A stretch of 64,000 nucleotides of DNA from the human T2T-CHM13v2.0 reference genome, Homo sapiens: NCBI RefSeq assembly GCF_009914755.1, contig NC_060925.1. The stretch is one strand, 5' to 3'. Position numbers and translations under genes: made by a program. The notes below the pieces were generated by a model. The model did not search any database. It saw only the letters and a list, made by a program, of their open reading frames with translations, and was not told the DNA's origin. This document shows positions 42,741 to 57,870 of this stretch, one piece after another; within the stretch, counting starts at the first letter, position 1; each line of letters opens with the position of its first letter.

Positions 42741-44339
42741 AAGAGGACCCAAACATGGGCTGCCCCAATCCTTCTTCCACTCTTTCCATTGAGTCACATG
42801 GCTACCCAAGTTTTTCTCCTGCTTGTCCAACTAACTATAAGTTTAAATAAGAGTAAGAGATAGCACACTGCACTTCCCTTTGAAAGCAGAGGAGTCATTA
42901 GTCCTGTGAAAAAGTTTTCCTTCAGAGTGACTATTAAAACTGAACTAGGATTATGCTAAGGGGCACATAATCAAGTGAAGAATCTCAGACTAGAATTTAG
43001 GTCTCAGTTTCTAATGGGGAAATTGGGGATGACAATATCCACAGAAAATTATGCAGTACTGGGTTGGGGTCCCTGCTCTGTCACAGACCAGCCATAGGTA
43101 AGGCTCTTGCACCCCCAGGCAATCAACAGTCATCACCATCACTACCACCATCATTATTATTGAATGGATGCCAAGAATGAAACAATAAAAAGATAATTCC
43201 ATCAAATGTTTATTTAAAACTACTCTATCAAGATAATGATTTTTTATTTGCTTTATCTCCAAAATCATTTTAAAAAAAACAAGAGTTATAAAGGTAAGAA
43301 CCCCACCCAACCCCAACCCAAATGAATGCATTCACCCTGTTCACTAGTGCAGAGGAGTCTGTTAATTTAGATGCAGATAATCTCATGAGATAATATAATG
43401 GTCTCTATTATCTTAACGATGAACAAGGAATCTGAGCCTGTTAGTGAGAAGGTGCACGACTTTTTTCCCAGGCCATCCAGGATTGTTTAGCATAGTGAGA
43501 TGAAATTTACAAAAGGTAAGTGAATGATGAGAAGGAGTTAATATAATTTATTCCCCAATGTAATTTTCTCCACATTCTTAGGCAGGCAGGCCCCAGACAC
43601 ATTGTCTTTTCACTCCATCATTCTCCTAATATGTAACAAGGGCCATTAAGCTAGGTAAAAAGATGAATTGCTAGAGATCATTATGCACGCTTTCAGCAGC
43701 CCATGAAATGTACCCAAGAACAATAAAGATATCTGATGACCTGTCAAGAAGATGCTTATGCAAATGAGAACATCATGATTATACTTCTGCTTGTTCATCT
43801 AAAGGCTATCGTGAAATATAGATTGAAAAACTTCACTTGCTCAGTAGCATCACAAATAAGAAGCTGGTTTTCGATTAGGTTATGCTAGAAATGAAAATTC
43901 ATGGCCACATGCCTAATTCAGCTATAAAAGAAGACAATAATCGACATAGAACAGCATCCAACCTGATTTCCTTGGGAAACAATAATTTCATTACATGACA
44001 GTTCTTACCGCTCCCTTGAATTACAGTATTTGGTGCTGAAAATTACTTGTAATCCTCAGAAGTAAAATATATTGTGAGCATATATCATCAGCATCTTTCT
44101 GCTCTTAAATAGTAAGTGATATTTCTGACTTGAATTCAATAACCTTCAAGGTATCCATGAGAATTAAGACAGAAAGAGGTTGAGGCAATGGATATAAGCC
44201 ATACAGCAAACTCCTCATGGGAGCACGAACTCAGCTCAGTTTTTCTGACACCCAGCCGCCTCCTCTCATGGCTATGTAGTGAGTGACATTGTATGCAAGA
44301 GTGAGGCATTGGCTTCAAGGAGGACCATGTGCATTAAAT

Positions 44340-44512
44340 ATTAGCTGTGTGGCCTTTGCCACAGTCTCCCTGGGCTTCAGTCTCACCATCTGCAAATGAT
44401 AACAGTACCTATCTTGGAGGGTTATTATGAGAATTTAGATGAGGTAACACGTGTAATGTTCTTACCCTAGTGCCTGGCAGGTAATTAAGGATGCCACTTA
44501 ACAAATGACAGT
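44340..44512 (+). mobile_element. MIR
   Basis: TAGCTGTGTGGCCTT...CATCTGCAAATG...TAGTGCCTGGCA. Confidence 0.75.
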
Positions 44513-44519
44513 GATTATC

Positions 44520-45280
44520 AGATGAGACATCCATCTGCTTAGCTGACATCTCCACTTGAACCTCAATCTTAGCCTGTCCAAAAGTGAACTCTTCATTTTC
44601 TCCATCAAATGTGTTCCCCCAGTCTTCCTTCTTTCAATAAGCAGCAACTCCATTCTTTCTTTTGTTCAGGTCAGAAATTGTGGAGTCATCCTTGAAGCCA
44701 CTTTTTTTCCCCTCATATTCCACATACTTCATCAGCAAATCCTGTCAGCTCTACCTCCAAAATGTATTTATAACCCAACCATGTCTCCCTACCTCCAGCT
44801 ACCCCCTAGTCCACACCACCATAATCCCTGGCCCGGATCACAGCTCCAGCTTCTTCCTGTTTGGCTTGCTTCCTCCCTTGTCCCCCCTACAGTCTATTCT
44901 CTACACAACAGTCAGATAATTCAGACTATGGCGTTCCTCTCCTCGAAACTCCCCATGGCGTCTCTTCTTACACAGAGTAAAAGCCCAAGTCCTTCCAATG
45001 GCCTATAAGTCCCCCTGAGATGTGATCCCACCTACCTTGCTGCCCTGTCTCTGCTCACAGTTCCCATTGCTCATTCCTCCGTAACCACACTGACCTCCCT
45101 GCTTCATCATCCTTGGTAATGATACCATCTTATTATTTCTTAGTTTTATTTCTCCCTACCACCACCTCTATGATGTAAGTCCCATGAGAGCAGGGATTTA
45201 GTCTGCTTTGTTCATCCCGTTTCACAGAACAGGGCATATTTCTATTTGATGACTAGAAGGAAAGACACACAATGAATGCT
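44520..45280 (+). mobile_element. L2a/b
   Basis: GACATCTCCACTTGA...ATCAGCAAATCCTGTCAGCTCTACCTCCAAAA...TAAGTCCCATGAGAGCAGGGA. Confidence 0.85.
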
Positions 45281-45301
45281 TCATTATTATAAGAAATAGA
45301 T

Positions 45302-45605
45302 AGGCCAGGCATGATGGCTTACGCCTATAATCCCAGCACTTTGGGAAGCCAAGGTGGGCAAGTGCTTGAGTCCAAGAGTTTAAGATCAGCCTGGGCAACA
45401 TAGCAAGACCTCATCTCTACAAAAGAAAATTGAAAAAATAAGCCAGGTGTGGTGGCACATGCCTACAGTCCCAGCTACTCAGGAGGCTGAGGTGAGAGGA
45501 TAGCTTGAGTCCAGCAGACAGAGGTTGCAGTGAGCCATCGCACCACTACACTCCAGCCTGGGCGACAGAGCAAGACCCTGTCTCAAAAAAAGAAAAAGAA
45601 AAAGA
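45302..45605 (+). mobile_element. AluJ
   Basis: Dimer; AAGAAATAGAT TSD. Confidence 0.93.
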
Positions 45606-45647
45606 AATAGATGTGTTCCATGACGTTTGAGGTTTTAAGGGCTAAAC

Positions 45648-45876
45648 CAGGGGTGTCCAGTCTTTGGGATTCCCCGGGCCACATTGGAAGAAGAAGAATT
45701 GTCTTGGGCCATACATAAAATATGCTAACACTAAGGATAGCTAATGAGCTAAAAAAGAAAATTGCACACAAAAAAATCTCATAATGTTTTAGGAAAGTTT
45801 ACAAATTTGTGTTGGGCCACATTCAAAGCCTTCCCGGGCCACATGCAGCCCACAGGCCATGGATTGCACAAGCTTG
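45648..45876 (+). mobile_element. MER30 (hAT-Charlie), complete
   Basis: CAGGGGTGTCC...GGGCCACATTGGAAGAAGAAGAATTGTCTTGGGCC...ACAAGCTTG; TSD GGCTAAAC / GACTAAAC. Confidence 0.92.
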
Positions 45877-45964
45877 GACTAAACTAAATGCTGCAAATTA
45901 AGGTTTATAAGTTCATCCTAAGTAAGTTTTTTTGAAAAGACTTAATCAATCAATTAAACAACTT

Positions 45965-46500
45965 GTTTCACTAATGAGAAAACCGAGGCCTAAAGACAAG
46001 CCCAAAGTCACATGGTATGTGCCAGAACCAGGATTCAAACAAGTTCTTCTACACCAAGTTCATGTACTTGCCCCTCAAGTTTATGCTGTCTATTAAGTCT
46101 GAAGCATACTGAAGTCTCAACTCCATAAATTATAGAAAATATATAGAAATTCAGTTCTGATTCCAACTGGCTCCAGGAATGGTTGACTAAGGATTTTGAA
46201 GAAAAGTATTTTATTTGATGTACAGTTTATTTAAAATCTTTGACTTTAGGTTGCAGAAGGTATACTATTATAAGTGATAAAACCAGTTGTTGAGAGTCCA
46301 TGTCCCTATCACAGTGTTAAGTGCTTTACGAGGATTAGTGCAATGAGTCTTTACAACAGCCTTCGGAGGTACTATTATCCCCACTTTGTAGTGGAAGAAA
46401 CCAAGGTTAGAGGAGGCTAGATAACTTGCAGAAGGTAGCACAGCTAGCAAGAGATGGGGCCATTATCTGTACTTGGGTGCTCTACCTCCACAGCCAATGC
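45965..46500 (-). mobile_element. Two MIR fragments (about 45965-46080 and 46280-46500)
   Basis: ATGAGAAAACCGAGGCC...CCAGGATTCAAAC; GGTACTATTATCCCCACTTTGTAG. Confidence 0.7.
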
Positions 46501-47929
46501 CCTACTGAATCAAGAAAGCTACACAGTTAACATTTTATGGTAAATGTTTCTTAAGGGTTTAGTTGCTCTGTAAGTTCATTTTATTTTGTCCACTCTTCTA
46601 AAAATGAGACATATTATAAATATCATTTTGAAAGCGTCTTTTACATATCTTAGTGAAACTTATGCTCATTTGCAAAATACATCATATGTGTATATTTCTC
46701 CTTAGAATGAACAATGCAGAAATTTAAACATATCCCTGGAGAAATGCTGAGTTTGGTTATCAGCACACCTTAAGGCATCAAATATTTTCATTAAAAACAT
46801 GTGGAGACATGAAGGTTTGTGCTCCCTTTCTCAGACATCCACTGATGTCAATAGCAGTGATGATCTGAAATAAACAAAGTAGTTAGCTATAGTACGCCTC
46901 AGGAGTTTCTCGTGGAAGTGCCAAATAATGATACCGAAGGGAGGAAATGCTGAAACATGAAATGTGTGAGTAGGTGGGTTAGTCACTAAAGTTGTCATGG
47001 GTCAGGAGACATATCTTATGGCTTCTCAGAACTTAACATTCCAGAAATCACTGAAAAAGGTGAGAAAGTTCAGAGAAAATGAGACAACCTCAGAGTCTAG
47101 TGACGGTGTTTTCCAAAGAACACTGGATAAGGTAATTATGTTATTTCAATTTCAACTGCAAATTATATGATTCAAGGAGCACTTCATTACTCAAAATTCC
47201 TAAGGGGGAAAGATTATGTATTGGTACTACATTGTTTAAGATAAGAAACTTTTTAAACATCTAAGCCCTTATCTGAAACATTATCTACATACACAACGGC
47301 TCAAATGTGATTTTATGGAAATCGGTGAGTTAGAGAGGGAGAGTAAGTTGGATGGGGGAAACCTTGGACTATTCTAGGACAAAAAGTTCAGAAAATATTC
47401 CAGACCTTGGGAATTTGGTTATAGGTCTAGAGTGGAAGCCAAGAACAGAAAATGAGACAAAAGAGAATGAAACTCATCTGTTATTTCCCTTAACTGCTAT
47501 CCACGGTGCCACCTCCTGGCTAGGAAAAAGGGGTAGTCATGTGAAATACTAGGTTTTCATATCTTTCCATCCCTTTAAGAGAAAATTCAGAAGAGATAAG
47601 AAAATCTTAGCATTTCCTTGTGAGTTTAACCATTCAGCTAAGGGAAATGCAGAAGACCAGGGCAAAGGCAAATGACCTCAGGGCCTCTTTTATCTGGGTT
47701 AATGAGGGAGTCAAGCACGAGCCTGTCTGGCTGGCTGCTTGTGCCTGCAGTTCTTCAGGGGCAGGGCAAATTATACTTAAGTTTTAAGTCTAGGGTTGAA
47801 AATACATCAGATTGGAAAAAAGGCTTGTCATTTTCGGGATGCTTATGTGTAACTCAGAATCAGAGTATATTCTGGTTTGAACTGGAAACTTAAATCTTGG
47901 AAATGTTTGGTTTGGTTTGGTTGGATACC

Positions 47930-48092
47930 ATGGATTATGAAAAGAGCTCTGCACCAGGAGTGTGGAGACCTGAATTCCAAGCCTATGTGTGCTTTACTAG
48001 CTAGGCAGATGAGAACAGCTCATTCAGCTTCTGAGATTACAATAAAAGAGTTGGATTAGATGCTTATCTCTAAGTTTCCTTGCAGCTCTATG
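47930..48092 (+). mobile_element. MIR3-like fragment
   Basis: AAAGAGCTCTG..CCAGGAGT..GGAGACCTGAATTC...GTTGGATTAGATG. Confidence 0.6.
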
Positions 48093-48118
48093 AATCTTCT
48101 ATGAATCTTTATTCGAGA

Positions 48119-48460
48119 ACAGCTGTCTAAAAGAAATGCCATGTGAGCCATAGATGTAAGCCTCAAATGTTATTTGGTCTTCCAGTAGCCACATTAAAAT
48201 TTTTTAAAAACTGATTACATTAGTTTTAATATATGTTATTTAGCCCAATCATAGGGCCAAAATTGTATTACTTCAATATGTAATTGCTATTAAATAGCAG
48301 TTTTGTATTAAATAATATTAATTATTTTACATTATTTTCTTTGTACTAAAACTTCAAAATTGGTGTGTATTTTAAACTTGCATCATATCTTAATTTGGAC
48401 TAGCCACATTTCAAGTGCTCATTAGTTATATGTCCCTAATGGCTGCTGCAATGGACAAAT
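48119..48460. mobile_element. MER33 (hAT-Charlie)
   Basis: GTAGCCACATTAAAA...ATTTGGACTAGCCACATTTCAAGTGCTC. Confidence 0.8.
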
Positions 48461-48479
48461 AGATATAAAAGGCTTCAAT

Positions 48480-48824
48480 CTTTTCTTTTCTTTTCCTTTC
48501 CTTTCCTTTCCTTTCCTTTCCTTTCCTTTCCTTTCCTTTCCTTTCCTTTTCTTTTTTGTTTTGTTTTTGAGATGGAGACTTGCTCTGTCACCAGGCTGGA
48601 GTGTGCAACCTCTGTCTCCCAGGATCAAGCCATTCCCCTGCCTCAGCCTCCCGAGTAGCTGGGACTACAGGTGCGCACCACCACGCCCGGCTAAATTTTT
48701 GTATTTTAGTAGAGACGGGGTTTCACCATGTTGGCCAGGATGGTCTCAATCTCCTGACCTCGTGATCTGCCTGCCTCAGCCTCCCAAAGTGCTGGGATTA
48801 CAGGCGTGAGCCACAGAGCCCAGA
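48480..48824 (-). mobile_element. AluS with (TTTCC)n tail expansion and small internal deletion
   Basis: About 11 TTTCC units at 48490-48547; the segment after GGCTGGAGTG is missing. Confidence 0.93.
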
Positions 48825-49204
48825 CTCAACTTTTCTTACATAAAGAATATGAAGCCTATACCCTGCCTTCAAAATTAGAATCCACTTAAAGTAGAAAATG
48901 TATTCATTGAAATGTTAGGTTCAACATGTTGAGGGTGATATAAAGGAAAAAGTGACAATAAAAACAAGGGATAGGACTTTTGACAGGAATTGCCAATGGA
49001 AAGATACAAAGGCAAGGTGTGTCATGTAGAGATGAGAAGGTTGGGCAGAAATAATGTATGCCACCTCCAGGCCTGGAGCACAAAATCTACCCACATAACC
49101 CTCCACTGTCTATCTGCCCTTATCTGCAGATGTATGCACAGTGTCCACTTAGTGTCTTTGTGGCCCTAAGAATCATGAAGCCACTAGCCATTAGGTCAGG
49201 GATT

Positions 49205-49505
49205 ATTTTTTCTTTTTGTTTGTTTGTTTTTTTTTTTTAGAGCCAAATTCTCACTCTTGCCTAGGCCGGAATGCAGTTGTGCAATCACAGCTCACTGCAG
49301 CATCTCTTGATCCTGGGTTCCAGCGATCTTCCTACCTCAGCCTCCTTAGCAGCTAGGACTACAAGCATGCGCCACTACATTTGGCTCATTTTTGTTTTTT
49401 GTAGAGACGAGGTCTCACTATGTTGCCCAGGCTGGCCTCAAACTCCTGGTCTCAAGCGATCCTCTTGCCTTGGGCCTTCTAAGGTGCTGGAATATGCCCA
49501 GCCAG
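49205..49505 (-). mobile_element. AluJ
   Basis: CACAGCTCACTGCAG, GTCTCACTATGTTGCCCAGG, CTCAAGCGATCCTC. Confidence 0.9.
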
Positions 49506-49514
49506 GTCAGAGAT

Positions 49515-49985
49515 TATTGATCTGGAGCCTGTAGACCCTCATGGGCTCTGTGGATAGAATTCAGGCCATCCAAACACTGAATGGAGGAAAAGAACACCTG
49601 TGTTTTATTAACCTTCAACTCAAATTCAGCACTTCTCCAACCCTGAATGTAGGCAACAAAACAGTGTAATTTAGCAGTACTTGTGACTTTGTCACCAATA
49701 GAGCTCACAGATGTTTTCGTAGCACATTTAAGTTGCTGCATATCTTAGAATAGCACTTCTTCAAAATGACAGTAGTTATTAAACCCTCCATGAGACCTTG
49801 TCATTGAATGCATTAATAAAGAGCACATATATTACCATATCACAGATTTTAAAAATATTTTGATAACTACAGTTCAATAAAATTGGTTTCTTTTATCATC
49901 CTCTCTATATTTTTTTCATTTAAAAATGTTACTCTAAAAAGGGGTCCATAGGCTTTAACAAACCACCAAAGGTGTCCATGGTACC
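49515..49985. mobile_element. Old hAT-Charlie DNA transposon fragment
   Basis: GTGGATAGAATTCAGG and AAGGGGTCCATAGGCTT..CA.AC..CCAAAGG.GTCCATGG motifs; subfamily uncertain. Confidence 0.55.
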
Positions 49986-51264
49986 ATGCACTAGATGAAA
50001 AGAGTCTGGGTCCACACACAAGCCCACTGCCCTTCATTAGCCCCCCACCAAATCACCCTGGATAGTGTGATGAGTGAGATACAAATCACTATAAGCCACT
50101 GAGCGTTGATGTCTGTTTCAGCAGTTAGACCATTCTAATTAATGTACAACTGAAACATGGCTTCAGGCCACTGCCACTGGTTAACATTGCCACCAGCTTC
50201 CCTGCATTGAAGAGAAGACACCAGCAGTGATGTGCTGGTAAACTGGGTCTCAAAAACCAACAACAACACAAAAAGACTCCCACCATCGCTGGTTTCAAGC
50301 TATCAATGTGATATCACTGAGCTCACAGTTAAGAAAAGATGCCTGGATTCAGCTGTTGCCAGCCAGTGTGAGCTGGCTCCTAGCACAGCACTGGGGTTGC
50401 TCTCCCTCACAACCATTCCGAGAAGGGTGTCTTCCTATTGTCCTTCCCTGGTTTGAGGGGAGGAGTATGTGTAGGACCTTGAGAATAGTTGTTTAAAGGT
50501 GCCTATTTAAACCCTGCGTCCGACTCTTTCATAATGAATAAATAAAGCAGAATACCTCACAGGCAGTAATTTGTAAATTCAACAAGCTGTTGAAAAGAAC
50601 CTAATTAGTACTAATTACAACACTAGAGTGTCCCAACACATTATAATGCCATTGCTTCTGTAGAGGCATTGTGTTTAAACACTCTGAAACATTAATTAGT
50701 CTGCAGAACAAATGTGTGGGCTAGGTATTATTCAGCAGTATGTGAAAGCCAATCATTTACTCTGCAAAGGCCTGATGCCATTACTGATAGTAAAACAAAT
50801 TGATTAACATAATGGTAGGACTGGGAAATGTGAGAATTATATCACATTTATTACATTATATTATTCATTTCTGACCCTCCTTTTCTCACTGGGCATTACT
50901 ACTGTCCTCATTTTCATAGGAGAAACTGAAGGCAGCCAGTTGACAAGTCCAAAATCTCCAGAGAATCCAACTTCAGATTCAGCGAGTCCTCAGGAAATTA
51001 TCGTGCCTGTTTTCCAAAGGTGAAAGCTCCATTTATGTATTTTTTATTGTATGCCTTACTTCCCAAATATAAATATTTTATTTGATAATGAAGAAGTTGC
51101 ATAAAGGTATCATTTTATTTAAAGTTAGCTTAAAGTGGCTGCAAAGGCTGCTTTGGGCTATTCATAAATTCCATATTAGGTGTTGCTAACATTTAGGTGA
51201 CTTTTAATTTCTGGATTAAGCTATTTATAATCTACCATCTCACCCACTGAAAATATCCACTTCA

Positions 51265-51603
<339 letters not shown>

Positions 51604-52554
51604 TTAGAATTAAGATATTGAATCAAAAGTTTAGTAAATGTTTCCACTTAGCTCATTTAAGGTAGCTAAAGCAGCTGAGCGTTCAAATCCTATCACGCTG
51701 ATACTCCTTTTCATTAAAGAAAAAGCTATGTATACTTGGAATTTCTAAAAGAAACACTTAGAATTTCTGGAAGAGCATTTGATACCCTGTTACCTTTCGT
51801 CTAAGATATTTACTTGCCTGGCACATAGTAGGCACTCAATAAATGTTAGCTTTTACTACAGTGATTATCATTTCTCAGGCCAGGAGTTAGCATTTTTAGT
51901 TAGGAACTGATATCTCACTTGACATGCTCAGGTCTTAGTCATGCTCTAAAATTCTTACTTACTTTAAATGTAAACCATACATTTCAATTATTGTTACTAA
52001 TTTAATTCTCCTCTCTAACAAAACCATTTTAAATATTTATACTCCAGATATTACACATTTGCCATTGTTGCTCATAAAATTTGGCTTTATTTTAACTCTA
52101 AGCCTGCATCTGCTTTGCTTAGGCAATTTTTCCTGTATAACTTGTGTTGAATGAGTTACACAGGAAATAATCCTTTAAACAAACGCATTCAATCCAAATT
52201 TGGAAAATCTCTGAATTCTCTTTAGCTAATCATGGAAATTGTCACTTGTTCTGTGTGCGAACCAGAATTAAGGGCACAAGGCCACCAATAATGATGTGCT
52301 TTTTAAAGGAACATCCACAGTTTTCCCTCATTTCTGAACTGATCCTGCTCAGCTGTCTGGCCCCAGACCAGCCACATCTCAGCAGCTCCCTGTTGTACAT
52401 TCAGTTCTCTGCAGGCTACTTCGTTCCTCTCCCAACTCCATGGAGAATGTTGGTAGCAGGGCAGTACAGCTACATTCTGCCTAGATGTTCCAGCAGGCTA
52501 CAGAAACACAGTAGTCATATTGCTCTTGCCTGAAGACTGGAGACTAGGAAGATT

Positions 52555-53630
52555 TTTTTATATCTTCCATTTTTCTCATCATGTTCATGTTTGCCTCTGT
52601 GTTCGCACATGGAGCATATAATGACTGCTTTACCATCTTTGTCTGCTAATTTCGCCATGTCTATAATTCCTGAGTCTATTTCTATTGATTTATTTTCTTT
52701 ATACTTGTGGATATTTTCCTGCTTCTTCTTCTGCCTACTGTGATAGTTTTTAACTGGATGATGGATATTAGATATTGTGAATTTTACATTGTTGTATGGG
52801 TATTTTGTTGCATTCTTATAAAGAATTTGCACTTTATTCAAGCAGGCAGTTAAGTTACTTGGGATCAGTTTGATCTGTTTGAGGTTTGCTTTTAAATTTT
52901 TATTAGAGCAGGTCCAGAGCAGCCTTCTAGTCTAGGGCTAATTTCTGCTCACTACTGCTGAAGACTCTAACTCATATCTATCATAAGGCCTTTCTACTTT
53001 GGATGATGGAAGCATGAACTATTTCCAGCTCTGAGTGAAGTCCAGGAATTCTTTGGCCCTATAAATCAGAGACACATGATCTTCTGTTCTAGAAAATAAG
53101 CTTTTACTTGTTTAATAATTTTCTCCCGTTCATTTTCTTTGTTCTCTTGTTTTCTGGGACTTCTGTTAGTCAGATATTGAAATTTTTGGATTGACCCTTT
53201 AATTTTTTTTATATTGCCTCTTCTATTTTCCATCTGTTAATCTTTGTACTCTATTGTCTAAGCAAAGCAGACAGAGGCTTAAAGTTAAAATAAAGACAAG
53301 TTTTATAAGCAACTATGGCAAATGTGTAATATCTGACATATACATGCTTAAAATGATTTTTTAGAGAGAAGAATTAAATTAATAACAATAATTGAAATGT
53401 ACTGCTTAAATTTAAATAAGAATTTTAGATCTTAGAATTTAGATGCAAGATCCCCTCAACTTTATTTTCCAAGGCACCAATTGTATTTTCTAAAATGTTG
53501 ATCACCAGATTTTTAATTTCCAAGAGCTCTTTCTTATTCTATTATTGTTTCTTCATCACATCCTGAACTTGTTTTACAAATGAAATACTTCTCTTATTTT
53601 CTAAGATATTCATTACAGTTTAAAATTTTT
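52555..53630 (-). mobile_element. Old L1M 5'/ORF1-region fragments
   Basis: TTTGTCTGCTAATT...TTTCTATTGATTTATTTTC...GCAGGCAGTTAAGTTACTTG...TCTAGGGCTAATT. Confidence 0.6.
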
Positions 53631-53639
53631 TCTTCTCCT

Positions 53640-54571
<932 letters not shown>

Positions 54572-54744
54572 TACATGCTGTTCTTTCTAACCAAAATATA
54601 CTCCCCCGGTTCTTCACGCAGATAGCAACTTATTATCCTTCTGAATACCACAGCCAAGTCTATCTCATCTCCTTGCCCAATTGCCACCATCAGTTTTCTA
54701 TCTCAGTGCTGTTTTTAATCCCTTCGTGACACTTATCAAAATCT

Positions 54745-55220
54745 GTAATGTTGGTTACCTACTTAATAGCCATCATGCTTCCTTCTTGCTAAACTGAACC
54801 TGATTCTGTTTGGGTATCCATGACCCTCCCTATAACCATGTGCTTCAGAGAAATGGCTCTAACCCCAGTTCAGGGGTGAATCTTGATTGGTCTAACCAAA
54901 TCATGATAATTCCATACTCTTGCCAGTGATGGCTTAGGAAGGAATGTGTGACCCCATTTTGATCAGTGGGATGTAAGGGAAAGTCTGCTAGTAAGGCATC
55001 TGGGAAAGGCTTCTTTGCTCTTATAAGGAGACTCAAAGAATAGACAGATCTCTTTTTAGCCTCTAGGACATTGCTGTGCGTAAGAATTTAATACTATTTG
55101 CTGCTGCAGCCACCTTTCAAGCATAAGAGACCTGGGCCACAGACAGTAGGAAGAAATAAGCTGGCTTTTGGTGATATCACTGAGCCACTTAATTAATCCT
55201 ATCTTCATACTTCTTTGTTA
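54745..55220 (+). mobile_element. Old MaLR LTR (MLT1J/K-like)
   Basis: TTGGTTACCTAC..AATAGCCAT...CCTTCTTGCTAA...GATTGGTCTAA.C.AATCA. Confidence 0.6.
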
Positions 55221-56329
55221 CGTTCCCATGAGCTCTTCTTGAGGAATCTACTGGGATGAGCTCTAAACACCAGAGAGAGACATCAACATAAGGACTGATG
55301 CATTAAATAACACTTCATTGTGAAACAAAGAGTGAATGAGAAAAGAGAATAGAATATAATGATTATATGGTTTAATGTAGTAAAATCATAAAATAAACGT
55401 GGGGAAGAATTGGATTAGCATATACAAAAAGTTTGTCTCTGATTTTAAAAACAGTTTGTTCAACAGCTTTCCATAATCATAATTGATGATGGCAGTATTT
55501 GTATTATTATTCTGAGACTGTTGTGTGTATTTGGTATGATAAAGCAAATGAGAATTTGTGTATATTTAATTCTATCATTGCCTAGTGCCTTTGAGAACCA
55601 TGATTCTCAGTGTGGAAAAGGATATGTATAAATATAATATTAAAAAGATATATTTTCCCTAGTTCTATAAACTAAAAAAGTCCAGAAATAATGGCCAACC
55701 CAGTTGTAGCAGTAAACATAGCTAGATTCAAATTGTAATATTGAAATATTATTTCCCACTAAAAGAAATCAGAGGTTCTTATAGATTTTGCTTACTCCCT
55801 GTATGGGACAGGAAAGAAACAGGATGAACCTAAAACATCTTGACATACCAGATGGCAAGGAAGCTATCAAATACTACTGGGGTAATTTCCAAAAGATTCA
55901 GGAGCCAACTTGAAGAGTTTTTCATTGGCCAATGATGGGAAATTGGAGCTTCAATAAAATAAGAATTACAATGGGATTTGTGAGTTCATAATGATTTTTA
56001 TAGTCAATTGATCATCTTTAAGGGATGTCAAGAAACCAGTAACTTATATTAAACACTGGTAAATAAAAGGAAAAAATAATGTTTTTTTCCTGCTTTTGAA
56101 CTATCATACTAGGTAACCAAATGATAGATATGGGAAGTATTGCTCTATAAAATTATCCCAGCTAATAAATGAAAACAAAATGACATATTAGAATATCACC
56201 ATTTTTCAACCCCCAATAAATTTTTTTTCATTTTGTATGACTTTTATTAATGCAAGTGGTAAAGTAAGAAAAAAATACATAAGCAAATCAAAATTCCATG
56301 TAATAGAAAAATAAAAATTTTTTAAAGAC

Positions 56330-57260
56330 ATTTCACTGTGACCAAGTAGGGTATATCTTAGCAATGGAACAATATTTTAAATATTGAAATTCTAATGACC
56401 ACATTAAAATATTATTAGAAAAAATCAAGTCTTTAATAAAATTCAGTATATATTTATGATTAAAAATTTTAAGCAACTTAACGAAAAGGGGGGAGTATCC
56501 TTAAGCTAAACCATAAATCTATGGTTAACATCACACTTAATAGCAAAATGGGGAACATCCCTTTTCAAGTAGGAACAGGATAAGGATGTTTGCTGTCATT
56601 CTTATTGCTGAATATTGTGCTGGAGGTCCTAGTAAATTCAATAAAAAATGAGGTATAAAGATTTAAAAGAATTGAAAACTGTCAAATTTGCAGATAATAC
56701 ATGCACACAAAAAATCAGAGTGAATGAACAAATTATTACAACTAATAAGAGGCCTTGAGATGTTTGTAGGATACAAAGATCAACATGCAAAAACAAAATA
56801 GCTTTCTGGTGCTCTTAAAATAACCAGATGGAAAATACAATAGAAAAGAAGAACACAATCCCAATAGTAAGAAAAAGTGAAAGGCACCAATAAATAAACT
56901 TATTAAACATTTTTGTAAAATTGTTATGTAGAAAACTATACAACTTTAAGGATGAAAGAAAAGCATGTATTATGGAAGAGATGTGCCATACTAAGGTTTG
57001 AAAGACTCAATATCATACAGATGTCACTTCTTCCTAAATTCATCTGTAGATTTCATGCAATTTCAATAAAATTACAAAATGGTTTTTCATGAAATTAACA
57101 GTTTAACAAATATGGAAGGATAGCCTACACCTTCTGACAATGAGTAAGAAGAAAGAGGGTCTTGCCCTTTGGTTATTAAGATTTATCATAGAGCAATAAT
57201 AACTAAATCGGTGTTATACCAGCACAGAGATTAGACAAATAAACCAAGGGACTGGACTAA
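56330..57260 (+). mobile_element. Highly diverged L1 ORF2 fragment
   Basis: RLNIIQMSLLPKFICRFHAISIK (about 57003) resembles L1 [23 protein letters not shown]; degenerate TTTGCAGATAAT. Confidence 0.8.
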
Positions 57261-57624
57261 ATAAGCTAAAAAAAAAAAAAAGGAACCAAGAGCCATACAT
57301 TTCCAGTCAATGAGTTCAGTTCAGTTCTACCATTGATGGTAATAGTTTGCAGGAATGAGAATCCTGTAAGTGTTTAATGCCTGAGTGACTGCTGAGGAGT
57401 GGAAGGGACAACGAGTTTGCCTAGGATGCAGATGGGGAGTTTTTCACAGAGCTCCCTTCAGTCAGGACTTCTAGCAAAAGATAGGATTTTCCGAGTGCTC
57501 TAAAGAAAACCAGAAGGCTTAAAATCCAAGAACAGGAAAAGTTTCTGATACTTACTCATGTGAGAAAAAGCATGCACAGAGAAGAGGAAATTCAGATGAA
57601 AGGAGCAATGACTGTGACCATCTG

Positions 57625-57870
57625 GGAGGCAGCACAGCTCGGTTAACAGCAAGGACTTTGGAGGCAGAAAGTATTTAAGTTCAAACCTTCTTCTACTACA
57701 TACTGGCTGGATGACTTTGGCCAGGTTCTCTATTCTCTGTAAACCTTGATTGCTTCTTCTGTGAAACGGAGCTAATGATATCTCCATTTGGTGTTGTGAG
57801 GATTATGTGAGCTCATGCATGCAATGCTCTTAGCTCAGTGTCTGTCCCATGGTAAGGGTTCAACGAAGAC
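57625..57870 (+). mobile_element. MIR
   Basis: GGAGGCAGCACAG...GACTTTGGAGGCAGA...TGACTTTGGCCAG...TTGTGAGGATT. Confidence 0.8.

Noticed and set aside
44556-45008. 150 aa ORF
   Set aside because: Lies entirely in an L2 relic and has a non-ATG start
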